The notes under the pieces: model-generated | Told to the model about the DNA's origin: nothing | Databases searched by the model: none | What the model saw: the letters and a program-made list of their open reading frames with translations, nothing else | Position numbers and translations under genes: made by a program | Part shown: one piece after another, positions 8,707 through 17,506 of the stretch | Layout: each line of letters starts with the position of its first letter | Numbering within the stretch: position 1 is the stretch's first letter | From: Gemmatimonadales bacterium | Lineage (GTDB): Bacteria; Gemmatimonadota; Gemmatimonadetes; Gemmatimonadales; GWC2-71-9 | DNA length: 26,995 nt | Direction: 5' to 3' | Assembly: GCA_039794085.1 (NCBI GenBank) | Contig: JBDIWC010000050.1 | Coordinates: 1 to 26,995 of the forward strand

Positions 8707-10788
8707 ATGGCCCCACCCCCGACACCCTTCTCCACCGGCCCGCTCGACTGGCGCCGCGTCGCGCGCCTGGTGCTCGCCTCCCGCGCCCTCGACGACATCG
8801 AGGAGCAGCAGCTCGTCCCTCAGAAGAAGGTGCTCTACCAGTTCAGCGCGCGCGGGCACGACGTGGCCCAGGTCATCCTCGGATCGATGCTCACCCACCC
8901 GCACGACGCCGTGAGCGCCTACTACCGCTCCCGGCCGATGCTCCTCACCGCGGGGCTCACTCTGGAGGATGCCTTTGCCGGGCCGATGGGGAAGTCGGGA
9001 GGGTTCAGCGATGGCCGTGACATCGGCGTGGTGTGCAACCTCCCACCGTTGAACGGCCCCACCGTGCTTCCCATGGCGGGGGACGTCGGGAGCCAGTACA
9101 CCCCCGCCGCCGGCTGGGCTCAGGCCATCCGCTACCACGACACCGTCCTCGGCGACGCCACCTGGCGCCACGCCGTCTCCGTCGTGCTCGGCGGCGAGGC
9201 CTCGGTGGCCACCAACGGGTTCTGGTCCGCGCTCACCATCGCCACCACCCAGCACCTCCCGATGCTCTTCTACATCGAGGACAACGGCTACGGCATCTCC
9301 GTGCCCGGCGCCTTCCAGACACCCGGCGGCAACATCGCCACCAATCTCGCAAGCTTCACCCATCTCACGATCCGCGAGGGCGACGGAACCGACCCCGTCT
9401 CAACGGAATCAATCTTCCGTGAGTCTGTGGGGTTGCTCCGCGAGGGCCAGGGCCCTGTCTTGGTGCATCTCACCGTTCCGCGCCTCTCGGGACACTCGGG
9501 ACAGGACACCCAGGCCTACAAGCCGCCCGAACTGCTGGCACGGGAGACGGCGAACGACCCGCTCCCCAAGCTCAGGACCCATCTGGTCCCCTCGACCCTG
9601 AGCGAAACGGAGTGGGCCTCCCTCGAGGCGGAGGTGGCCGCGGAAGTCCAGACCGCGCTGGAGGGCGCCCTGGCCCGCCCCGAATCCGATCCCGCGCAGA
9701 TCCGCCGGCATGTGTTCCTCGAAACGCTGCCCGACGGCACACCCGATCGGCAGCGGGTGGGGGGATGCCCCCAACCGATGTCGCAAGGGTCAGATGTGGC
9801 CGCTCCCGAGGGCCCGCGGATCAACATGCTCACCGCGATTCGCCGCACCCTGGAACAGGAGCTGGTGGGCAACCCGCGGCTCCTCGTGTTCGGAGAGGAC
9901 GTCGGTCCCAAGGGAGGGGTGCACGCCGCCACGATGGGGCTGCAGGTGGCCTTCGGGGAGGGTCGCGTCTTCGATACCTCGCTCTCCGAGGAGGGCATCA
10001 TCGGCCGGTCGGTCGGAATGGCGATCGCCGGCCTCATGCCGGTGGCCGAGATCCAGTTCCGCAAGTACGCCGATCCCGCCACGGAGCAGCTCAACAACTG
10101 CGGCACCATCCGCTGGCGCACCCACAACCGGTTTGCGGCCCCGATCGTGGTCCGGATGCCCGGCGGCTTCGGCAGCAAGTGCGGCGACCCCTGGCACAGC
10201 GTGTCGGGAGAGGTCACCTGGGCCCACGCGGTCGGATGGCAGGTCTGCTATCCCTCCAACGCGGAGGACGCCGTCGGGCTCCTTCGCGCCGCCATGCGGT
10301 GCCAGAACCCGACCATCTTTTTCGAGCATCGCGCCTCGCTCGACGGCGTCTGGGCCCGGCGTCCCTGGCCCGGCGACGATTTCGTGCTCCCCCTCGGCCG
10401 GGCCCGAACGATCCGGGCGGGAACCGACCTCACCGTGGTCACCTGGGGCGCCATGGTGGAGCGGTGCGAGCAGGCAGCGGGGAGCGCCGGTGGCTCGGTG
10501 GAGATTCTCGACCTGCGGACCATCATCCCCTGGGACCGGGACGCGGTGCTCGAGTCGGTGCGTCGCACCCGGCGCTGTCTGATCGTGCACGAGGACATCC
10601 AGACCGCGGGCTTCGGAGCGGAGATCGCCGCGGTGGTGGCACAGGAGGCCTTCCTCTCGCTCGACGCGCCGGTCTCCCGCATCGCGATTCCCGACATCCC
10701 GACGCCGTACCATCCGGACCTCATGGATGCCGTGGTGCCGAGCGTCGAGGTGATCGCCGAGCGAATGCGCGAGCTGCTCGAATTCTGA
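8707..10788 (+). CDS. 2-oxoacid dehydrogenase E1, fused alpha/beta subunits (ThDP-dependent)
   Basis: 693 aa. Alpha part has a ThDP-motif variant GEA-x24-DN and RLSGHS. Beta part has FGEDV, FDTSLSEEGI, EIQF and the C-terminal EILDLRTI/VHED. It starts 3 nt after the paaI stop. Confidence 0.92.
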   Translation: MAPPPTPFSTGPLDWRRVARLVLASRALDDIEEQQLVPQKKVLYQFSARGHDVAQVILGSMLTHPHDAVSAYYRSRPMLLTAGLTLEDAFAGPMGKSGGFSDGRDIGVVCNLPPLNGPTVLPMAGDVGSQYTPAAGWAQAIRYHDTVLGDATWRHAVSVVLGGEASVATNGFWSALTIATTQHLPMLFYIEDNGYGISVPGAFQTPGGNIATNLASFTHLTIREGDGTDPVSTESIFRESVGLLREGQGPVLVHLTVPRLSGHSGQDTQAYKPPELLARETANDPLPKLRTHLVPSTLSETEWASLEAEVAAEVQTALEGALARPESDPAQIRRHVFLETLPDGTPDRQRVGGCPQPMSQGSDVAAPEGPRINMLTAIRRTLEQELVGNPRLLVFGEDVGPKGGVHAATMGLQVAFGEGRVFDTSLSEEGIIGRSVGMAIAGLMPVAEIQFRKYADPATEQLNNCGTIRWRTHNRFAAPIVVRMPGGFGSKCGDPWHSVSGEVTWAHAVGWQVCYPSNAEDAVGLLRAAMRCQNPTIFFEHRASLDGVWARRPWPGDDFVLPLGRARTIRAGTDLTVVTWGAMVERCEQAAGSAGGSVEILDLRTIIPWDRDAVLESVRRTRRCLIVHEDIQTAGFGAEIAAVVAQEAFLSLDAPVSRIAIPDIPTPYHPDLMDAVVPSVEVIAERMRELLEF

Positions 10789-10802
10789 CGCCCGCGATGA
10801 AT

Positions 10803-10829
10803 CGTCATTCCCACGAACGCGGGAATCCA
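10803..10829. repeat. CGTC-tagged palindrome with ATTCCC-N8-GGGAAT core
   Basis: cgtcATTCCCacgaacgcGGGAATcca between E1 and E2. A related degenerate copy is at 23630-23653. Confidence 0.75.
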
Positions 10830-10868
10830 TGTTGTGCAGGCTGAACCCTTGACCGCGGGACCGTGTGC

Positions 10869-12083
10869 ATGAGCAACCTTGTGGATGTCAAACTCCCCGC
10901 CGATCAGGCCGAGGGAACGGAATCGGTGGCCGGCACCTGGTTCAAGGCGGTGGGAGACGCGGTGACCCGGGACGAGCCCCTGCTCGAGATCAGCACCGAC
11001 AAGGTGACGGTGGAGATCGCCGCCCCGGCCACCGGGGTGCTGCAGGAGATCCTGGTGAGCGAGGGTGACCCGATCGAGGCCGACACTGTCCTTGGACGCA
11101 TCGCGGTCGGTGATCCGGCTGCAGTGCCAACGGCGGCGCAGAAACCGGCGGCCACCGCGCCCGCAGCCGCGGCCGGCGCCCGGGCCTCGACCGCCGTGAC
11201 GGGTTCAGGAGCAGCGCCGGTCATCGAGCTCACCCCCGCCGTCCGCCGCCTCCTCGAGCAACATGGACTCGATGCGGCGTCCATCTCCGGAACCGGTCGC
11301 GGCGGCCGGATTACCGTGCAGGATGTGGAGCAGCATCTCGCCTCGGCAGGAGCCGGTTCGACGGCTCCCACGGCGGACGCGCCTACCGGTCCCTCGCGAC
11401 GGGTGCCGCACACCCCCATGCGGGCTCGGATCGCTCGGCACATGGTGGCGAGCATGCAGACGGCACCGCACGTCACCACCCTCTTCCAGGCCGACCTCTC
11501 CGCCGTGCTCCGGCACAAGGCGGCACTCGCCACTCAGGGCACCCCCGTCACCCTCACCGCCTATTTCGTCAGGGCGGCGGTCGAGGGGATCAAAGTCGTG
11601 CCCGAGGTGAACGCCCGCTGGCATGATGACGCACTTGAACTCTTCGACGATGTGAATCTCGGCATCGCCACGGCGCTGGAGACGGAGGGTGGACTCATTG
11701 TCCCGGTGCTGCGCAGGGCTCAGACCCTGGACCTGGCCGCCATCGGGGCCCGAATCGCTGATCTCACCACCCGGGCGCGCGCCGGCACCCTCACCCCCAC
11801 CGACGTGCAGGGCGGCACCTTCACCATCTCCAACCACGGGGTGAGCGGGAGTCTCCTCGCGGCCCCGATCATCATCAACCAACCCCAATCAGCGATTCTG
11901 GGGGTCGGCAAGCTGGAGAAGCGAGTGGTGGTGATCCCGGGCGCTTCGGGAGAGGAGGACCGGACCGCGGTCCGGCCGATGGTGTACGTCACCCTCACCA
12001 TCGATCACCGGGTGCTCGACGGCCACCAGGCCAACCGGTTCCTGCAGCTGTTCGTGGAGACGCTGGAGAAGTGTGAAGTGTGA
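10869..12083 (+). CDS. 2-oxoacid dehydrogenase E2 (dihydrolipoamide acyltransferase)
   Basis: Single lipoyl domain (EISTDKVTVE), Ala/Pro linker, E3-binding domain (TPAVRRL...GTGRGGRIT) and catalytic DHRVLDG. Confidence 0.93.
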   Translation: MSNLVDVKLPADQAEGTESVAGTWFKAVGDAVTRDEPLLEISTDKVTVEIAAPATGVLQEILVSEGDPIEADTVLGRIAVGDPAAVPTAAQKPAATAPAAAAGARASTAVTGSGAAPVIELTPAVRRLLEQHGLDAASISGTGRGGRITVQDVEQHLASAGAGSTAPTADAPTGPSRRVPHTPMRARIARHMVASMQTAPHVTTLFQADLSAVLRHKAALATQGTPVTLTAYFVRAAVEGIKVVPEVNARWHDDALELFDDVNLGIATALETEGGLIVPVLRRAQTLDLAAIGARIADLTTRARAGTLTPTDVQGGTFTISNHGVSGSLLAAPIIINQPQSAILGVGKLEKRVVVIPGASGEEDRTAVRPMVYVTLTIDHRVLDGHQANRFLQLFVETLEKCEV

Positions 12084-12085
12084 TG

Positions 12086-12172
12086 CCGTCATTGCGAGGG
12101 CCCGCAGGGCCCGTGGCAATCCCGTGAGCCGACGCCGGCTCCGTGAGACGCCGGCTCGGCCTTCCTGCCGGA
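12086..12172. repeat. Dispersed ~85-bp repeat, copy 1 (GTCATTGCGAG...GGCAATC type)
   Basis: Aligns with 25942-26025 in two blocks, ccgtcat[t/g]gcgagggcc...ggcccg[t/c]ggcaatc[c/t]cgtgagccg and cggccttcctgccgga, around a divergent ~25-nt middle. Confidence 0.85.
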
Positions 12173-12179
12173 CCGAACA

Positions 12180-12210
12180 TGGACCCCGGCGTTCGCCGGG
12201 GTGACGCTCC
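12180..12210. repeat. CGTC-tagged palindrome, copy 2
   Basis: tggACCCCGGCgttcGCCGGGGTgacgctcc forms a perfect stem and is a near-identical copy of 1806-1836. Confidence 0.85.
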
Positions 12211-12232
12211 GATGTACCCTTCGGCCCCTTCT

Positions 12233-12350
12233 CCTTCGTGCCTTCGTGCCTTCGTGCCTTCGTGTGAATCGACCCCTTCTCCCGAACCCCTTTCCTTCGC
12301 GGCTTCGCGTCTTCGCGTGAGACTTCCTCCCTTCAAACTTCAAACTTCCC
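12233..12350. repeat. Octamer and heptamer tandem arrays
   Basis: (ccttcgtg)x4 at 12233-12264; ccttcgcg gcttcgcg tcttcgcg tgag at 12294-12321; cttcaaa cttcaaa cttccc at 12331-12350. Confidence 0.85.
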
Positions 12351-12351
12351 A

Positions 12352-13221
12352 TCACGGCGCCGTCAACTCCCCGTACGTCTCCGGTCGCCGGTCCCGGTAG
12401 AACTGCCACACGTTCCGCACCTCGCGGATCACATCCAGATTGAGGTCCGCCACCACCAGCTCGTTCTTGTCGCGGCTTCCCTGCGCCAGGGTCTGCCCTC
12501 GCGGATCGCAGAAGTAGCTCTGCCCGTAGAACTCCCCGATGTTCCACGGCCCCTCGACGCCCACCCGGTTGATCGCCCCCACGAAGTACGCGTTGGCCAC
12601 CGCGTGGGCCGGTTGCTCCAGTTTCCAGAGGTACTCCGAGAGTCCCGCCACCGTGGCCGACGGGTTCAGCACGAGCTCGGCGCCATTCAGACCCAGCGCT
12701 CGGGCGCCCTCGGGAAAGTGCCGGTCGTAGCAGATGTAGACTCCCACCCGTGCGTAGCGGGTGTCGAACACCGGGTAGCCGAGGTTTCCGGGCCGGAAGT
12801 AGAACTTTTCCCAGAATCCCGGCGCGCAGTGCGGGATGTGGTTCTTGCGGTACTTGCCGAGATAGGTGCCGTCGGCGTCGATGACGGCGGCGGTGTTGTA
12901 GTAGATCCCGGGACCATCCTCCTCATACAGCGGCGCCACGATGACCATCGCGTGCCGTTTCGCCACCTCCTGCAGCAACCGGGTGGTCGGGCCGTCGGGA
13001 ATCGCTTCCACCGCCTCGTACCAGCGGGCCGTCTGTTCCGCGCAGAAGTAGGGACCGGTGAAGATCTCCTGCATGCAGAGGATCTGCACCCCCTCGCGAC
13101 CCGCCCGTTCGATGAGTTCCAGGTGCTTGTGGAGGTTGGCTTCCCGGATCAGGGGGATCGCCTCGTCGGTGGCGCAGGCATGGGTAGCCTGGATCAGGCC
13201 GCACTTCACGACACGGGGCAT
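12352..13221 (-). CDS. Beta-ureidopropionase (N-carbamoyl-beta-alanine amidohydrolase), nitrilase superfamily
   Basis: Glu-Lys-Cys triad motifs MQEIF, YRKNHIP and ICYDRHFPE, plus FWEKFYF and the C-terminal FYRDRRP. In an operon with dihydropyrimidinase. Start at the ATG at 13221. Confidence 0.88.
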   Translation of the reverse strand: MPRVVKCGLIQATHACATDEAIPLIREANLHKHLELIERAGREGVQILCMQEIFTGPYFCAEQTARWYEAVEAIPDGPTTRLLQEVAKRHAMVIVAPLYEEDGPGIYYNTAAVIDADGTYLGKYRKNHIPHCAPGFWEKFYFRPGNLGYPVFDTRYARVGVYICYDRHFPEGARALGLNGAELVLNPSATVAGLSEYLWKLEQPAHAVANAYFVGAINRVGVEGPWNIGEFYGQSYFCDPRGQTLAQGSRDKNELVVADLNLDVIREVRNVWQFYRDRRPETYGELTAP

Positions 13222-13242
13222 TCGCACACTCCGGGAATCGGG

Positions 13243-14685
13243 TCAGGATCGCGCATCCGGCATCGCCGATCGCATGAAGAGAAGATACAGGATGAAGCTC
13301 AAGGCGAAGGTGACGAACCAGGCGTAGGTGTAGAGATGATCGAGGAACGTCGGCGTCGCCACCATTCCGCCGGGAGTCACCGCGGCACGGAGGAACCCGG
13401 GAACCACCGGCAGCACCGCGAGCACCAGCGCCGCCACGGCCCGCAGGTTGAATCCACGGCGGTAGGTGTACCGGCCCTGGAGCTGGAAAAGCGCCGTGGC
13501 ATCGAGGGTCTGGCGCCGGAGCACCCAATAATCGGCGATGAGGATCCCGCCGATCGCCCCCATGAGGCTCGAATACCCCAGGAGCCAGGTGAATATATAT
13601 GCTGCCGCATCGGCATATAACCGCCACGGCATCATCAGAACCCCGATCACCGCAGTGATGATCCCCCCCATGACGTAGCTGATGCGGCGGGGACTCAGGT
13701 TCGAAAAGTCATTGGAAGGAGACACCACATTCGCCGCCATGTTGGTCGTCACCTGGGCCGCGAGCACCACCAGCGCCGAGAACACGATGGTCCCGGCACT
13801 CCCGATCCGGCTCACCAGCACCACCGGGTCCCACACCGGCTCACCGAAGATTCCGATCGTGGCGCTGGTGACCGCCACGCCGATGAAGGCAAAGGCCGTC
13901 ATCGTGGTCGGAAGACCAAGCGCCTGGCCCAGCATCTGGGAGCGCTGGCTCCGGGCGTACCGGGTGAAGTCGGGAATGTTGAGGCTCAGGGTGGCCCAGT
14001 ACCCGACGTTGGCCGTGAGCGCTGCGGGGAAGAGTACCCAGAACGGGGTGCTCCCGGTCCGGAGCCCCTCGGATCGGGAGAGGATCTCCCCGAGCCCGCC
14101 CCCGGCTCGAATGGCCCACACCAGGAGCACGAGCCCTCCCGCCAGGAGCAACGGTGCCGCCCAGCTCTGCAGCAGCCGGATCCCCTCGGTCCCCTTCAGA
14201 ATGATCGCCACCTGCAGCAACCAGAACGCGGCAAAGGCGTACGCCACTCCCCCCGTCACCTGGCTCCACCCGGGCCACGCCGCACCGAGGAGCAGATTCA
14301 GCGCGAGGGCGCCGATCCAGGTCTGGATCCCGAACCATCCACAGGCCACGATCGCCCTGAGGAGCGCCGGGATGTTGGCCCCGCGCACTCCGAAGCTGGC
14401 CCGGCAGAGCACCGGGAACGAGATGCCGTACCGGGTGCCTGCGTGCGCGTTGAGGATCATCGGGATCAGCACGATCACATTGCCGAGCAGGATCGTGATC
14501 ATCGCCTGCCACCAGGTCATCCCCTGCTGGATGAGACCCGAGGCGAGGGTATAGGTCGTGATGACCACACTCATCCCGATCCAGAGTGCCGCGATGTTCC
14601 AGGTGGTCCAGGTTCGCTGTTCCGGCGTGGTCGGCGCCAGGTCCCGGTTCCAGAGCGGGCTTCCTTCCGCGTCGCTCCCGGTCAC
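13243..14685 (-). CDS. NCS1-family nucleobase:cation symporter
   Basis: Many hydrophobic helices. Motifs GTRYGISFPVLCRASFG, ACGWFGIQTWIG, LSLNIPDFTRY and NMAANVVSP. The GTG start at 14685 overlaps the dihydropyrimidinase TGA (GTGA). Confidence 0.92.
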   Translation of the reverse strand: MTGSDAEGSPLWNRDLAPTTPEQRTWTTWNIAALWIGMSVVITTYTLASGLIQQGMTWWQAMITILLGNVIVLIPMILNAHAGTRYGISFPVLCRASFGVRGANIPALLRAIVACGWFGIQTWIGALALNLLLGAAWPGWSQVTGGVAYAFAAFWLLQVAIILKGTEGIRLLQSWAAPLLLAGGLVLLVWAIRAGGGLGEILSRSEGLRTGSTPFWVLFPAALTANVGYWATLSLNIPDFTRYARSQRSQMLGQALGLPTTMTAFAFIGVAVTSATIGIFGEPVWDPVVLVSRIGSAGTIVFSALVVLAAQVTTNMAANVVSPSNDFSNLSPRRISYVMGGIITAVIGVLMMPWRLYADAAAYIFTWLLGYSSLMGAIGGILIADYWVLRRQTLDATALFQLQGRYTYRRGFNLRAVAALVLAVLPVVPGFLRAAVTPGGMVATPTFLDHLYTYAWFVTFALSFILYLLFMRSAMPDARS

Positions 14686-16097
14686 ACCGTTTCCGTCCCG
14701 TTCCCCACGGGAGCCGGACCCGCATGGGTTCTCGGCAGCCACTGTCCCCGCCCCTCCGTCCCCACCACCCGGTAGTTGTCCACGATCACCTCCCCGCGCG
14801 AGAGAGTGGTGCGGGCAAAGCCGGCGAGGTCCCACCCTTCGTAGGGCGACCAGTCGGCGTTCGTCTCCATCGTCGCCGGATCCACCGTGCGGGTTTTCGT
14901 GGGATGGATGATGGCCAGGTCGGCATCGGACCCGATGGCGATCGATCCCTTCCGCGGAGCGAGTCCCATCAGGGTGGCCGGGTTGGTGGCGAGCTTAAGG
15001 CTCATCTCTTCCAACGTGAGCCGCCCCTTCATTACTCCGTGAGTGTAGACCAGCGGCAGCAGCGTCTCCAGGCCCGGCATCCCCATCGGAATCCTGGTCC
15101 AGTCCCCATTCCACATCGCCTTCTGCTCGCGGGTGAAGGTGCAGGTGTCGGTCGAGACTACCGAGACGTCGCCGTCGTGGAGCCCGGCCCAGAGTCGTGC
15201 CACGTCCTTGGGCGTCTTGAGCTGGGGACAACAGGCGAAGAGATGCCCGTCCTCCCGGTCGAACACCGCGTCGTCGAGCACGAGGTACTGCGCGCACGTC
15301 TCCGCCACGACCGGCACTCCGCGCTGCTTCGCCGCCCGCACCAACTCGGTGCCCTCGGCGGTGGACATGTGGACGATGTAGAGCGGGCCCCCCGTCGCCT
15401 CGCTCCAGCAGATCACCCGCTGAATCGCCTCCGCTTCCACAAAGTTAGGGCGGGTCATGCGATGGAGACGGGCCCCGTGCTTCTTCATCAGCTCGGGGGT
15501 GTGATGCCGGGCGATCAGTTCGTCGAGCACCGCGGCGGATTCGGCGTGCACCAGGAGCATCGCCCCGTGCGCCTTCATCTGTTCCAGCGCGCCGAAAAGG
15601 GCCCGGTCATCCGATTGCCATCCCTCCGAGGCGTAGATCATGAACGCCTTGAAGGTCGGGAAGCCCTGCGCCACCATGGCGCCGATCTCCTCCTTGTGAT
15701 CGTTCCACCGGGTGAGACAGAGATGAAAGGTGTAGTCTATCAGCGCCTTCCCCTCCGCCTTGGCCTTCCAGTTCCGCGCGGCGTCGGCGAGGGACTCCCC
15801 GGCGTACGGAATGGCGAAGTCGATCACCGTGGTGACACCGCCGCGGGCCGCCGCCCGGGTTCCGGTCCGGTAGTCGTCGGATGAAACCGTGCCGCAGAAG
15901 GGGAGCTCGAGGTGCACATGCACATCGAGAGCCCCGGGAAGCACCAGGTGGCCCGTGGCATCGACCACCTCGGCGCCGACGGTGTCGAGCCCGTCGCCCA
16001 GGGCGACGATCTTTTCCCCCCGGATGCCGATATCGCCGCGGAAGGTGGCACCGGGGGTCACCACCGTGCCGCCTCGAACAACCCGGTCAAAGCGCAT
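14682..16097 (-). CDS. hydA: Dihydropyrimidinase / D-hydantoinase
   Basis: PGALDVHVHL metal motif, GGVTTVIDF, FKAFM (carbamylated Lys position), VHAE, VHMS and GSDADL. The real start is MRFDRVVRGG at 16097 with GGAG upstream. Confidence 0.93.
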   Translation of the reverse strand: MRFDRVVRGGTVVTPGATFRGDIGIRGEKIVALGDGLDTVGAEVVDATGHLVLPGALDVHVHLELPFCGTVSSDDYRTGTRAAARGGVTTVIDFAIPYAGESLADAARNWKAKAEGKALIDYTFHLCLTRWNDHKEEIGAMVAQGFPTFKAFMIYASEGWQSDDRALFGALEQMKAHGAMLLVHAESAAVLDELIARHHTPELMKKHGARLHRMTRPNFVEAEAIQRVICWSEATGGPLYIVHMSTAEGTELVRAAKQRGVPVVAETCAQYLVLDDAVFDREDGHLFACCPQLKTPKDVARLWAGLHDGDVSVVSTDTCTFTREQKAMWNGDWTRIPMGMPGLETLLPLVYTHGVMKGRLTLEEMSLKLATNPATLMGLAPRKGSIAIGSDADLAIIHPTKTRTVDPATMETNADWSPYEGWDLAGFARTTLSRGEVIVDNYRVVGTEGRGQWLPRTHAGPAPVGNGTETV

Positions 16098-16111
16098 GTC
16101 CGTCTCCCGTG

Positions 16112-17506
16112 TCAGTTGGCCCGGCCCCCAACGAGGGTCAGCGCCCGATCCAGCACATCGACCGCGAAATCGGCGTCCTCGGCGGTGATGCAGAGCGGGG
16201 GCTTGATCCGCAGCACGTTCCCCTCGAGCCCTCCCTTGCCCACCAACAGCCCCATCGTGCGACACGCCTCGAGTACCGCCATCGTCTCCGCCTTGGCCGG
16301 TTCCTTGGTGGCCCGGTCCCGCACCAGCTCCACGCCGAGGAGAAGGCCGAGGCCGCGCACATCGCCAATCAGCGGATGATGGTCGGCGAGGTGCTGGAGC
16401 CCCGCCTTCAGCCGTCCGCCCACCACCCGGGCGTTCTCCTGCAATCCCTCCTCCTCGATCACGTCGAGCACGGCGAGCCCCGCCGCCATGCACACCGGGT
16501 TCCCGCCGTAGGTGTTGAAGTGGATCCGCTGCGTCATGGCCCGCGCAATGTCCATGCGGGTGGTGACGGCGGCCAGCGGAACCCCGTTGCCGATCCCCTT
16601 GGCCATGGTGACGATGTCGGGCACCACGCCGTAGTGCTCGAACCCCCAGAAATGGTCCCCGGTCCGGCCGAATCCGGTCTGGACCTCGTCGGAGATGCAG
16701 AGGCCCCCATGGGCGCGGACGATGTCGTACACCGCCGACAGGTAGTTCGGCGCGCCGGCCGTGACGCCGCCGACTCCCTGCACCGGCTCCGCGATGAACG
16801 CGGCGATCCGTCCCGGCGTGCTGAACCGGATCAGGTCCCGCAGCTCCTCGGCGCTCTGCCGGGCGATCTCCTCCGGGGAGCCGCTGTAGGGACTTCGATA
16901 GGGATCGGGACAGATGGCGTGGTGCACCCCCGGGGTGCCGGCCACCGGATACTTCCAGGTGTGGTGCGAGGTGAGCCCCATGGCACTTGGGCTCCCGCCA
17001 TGATAGGCGTTGCGGAGCGCGATCACGTCGGTGTTGCCGGTCTGGAGGCGGGCCATGGTGATGGCCAGATCGTTGGCCTCGCTTCCGCTGTTCACAAAGT
17101 AGGTCACCTCGAGCCCCGGAGGCATCTTCGCGGCGAGGCGCTTGGCGAGCAGGGGAAGGTTCGGGTGCAGGTAGATCGTGGTGGCGTGTTGGAGACGGGC
17201 GCTCTGCTCCTGGATGGCCTGGACCACGCGCGGGTGACAGTGCCCGCACGACACGGTCACGATCCCGGCGAGACAGTCGAGATAGCGCCGTCCGGTCTCG
17301 TCGAAGAGCCACTGCATGTGGCCCGCCACGAGGAGAAGCGGCTCCCCGTAGATCGTGTACACCGCGGGGTTCACGTGGCGGTTGCGCATCGCCACCAGTT
17401 CCTCCCGCGACGGTCCCTCATAGCGGGGCGGCGTGTAGGAGCACTCCGGCATGGGGACCCCGGTGGTCACCCTCCCCGTGGCGGCCTCTCCTCGTGTGGC
17501 AGTCAT
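16112..17506 (-). CDS. Class III PLP aminotransferase, AGXT2/PYD4-like (probable beta-alanine / 3-aminoisobutyrate transaminase)
   Basis: [30 protein letters not shown] and MAKGIGNG motifs. AGXT2-like N-terminus ([10 protein letters not shown]...[16 protein letters not shown]...GHCHP). The ATG at 17506 overlaps the preA stop. Confidence 0.88.
   Translation of the reverse strand: MTATRGEAATGRVTTGVPMPECSYTPPRYEGPSREELVAMRNRHVNPAVYTIYGEPLLLVAGHMQWLFDETGRRYLDCLAGIVTVSCGHCHPRVVQAIQEQSARLQHATTIYLHPNLPLLAKRLAAKMPPGLEVTYFVNSGSEANDLAITMARLQTGNTDVIALRNAYHGGSPSAMGLTSHHTWKYPVAGTPGVHHAICPDPYRSPYSGSPEEIARQSAEELRDLIRFSTPGRIAAFIAEPVQGVGGVTAGAPNYLSAVYDIVRAHGGLCISDEVQTGFGRTGDHFWGFEHYGVVPDIVTMAKGIGNGVPLAAVTTRMDIARAMTQRIHFNTYGGNPVCMAAGLAVLDVIEEEGLQENARVVGGRLKAGLQHLADHHPLIGDVRGLGLLLGVELVRDRATKEPAKAETMAVLEACRTMGLLVGKGGLEGNVLRIKPPLCITAEDADFAVDVLDRALTLVGGRAN

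Noticed and set aside
12086..12350. Possible CRISPR array
   Set aside because: No constant repeat with unique spacers of regular length and no cas genes. These are palindromes and short tandem arrays.
12352..13221. N-carbamoylputrescine amidase (aguB) assignment
   Set aside because: Same superfamily, but there is no agmatine deiminase nearby and the preA/hydA/NCS1 context favours beta-ureidopropionase.
14682..17312. 876-aa ORF suggesting a large N-terminal fusion to dihydropyrimidinase
   Set aside because: The first ~405 aa are an Arg/Gly/Pro-rich off-frame read of the aminotransferase gene. A proper RBS and ATG exist at 16097.
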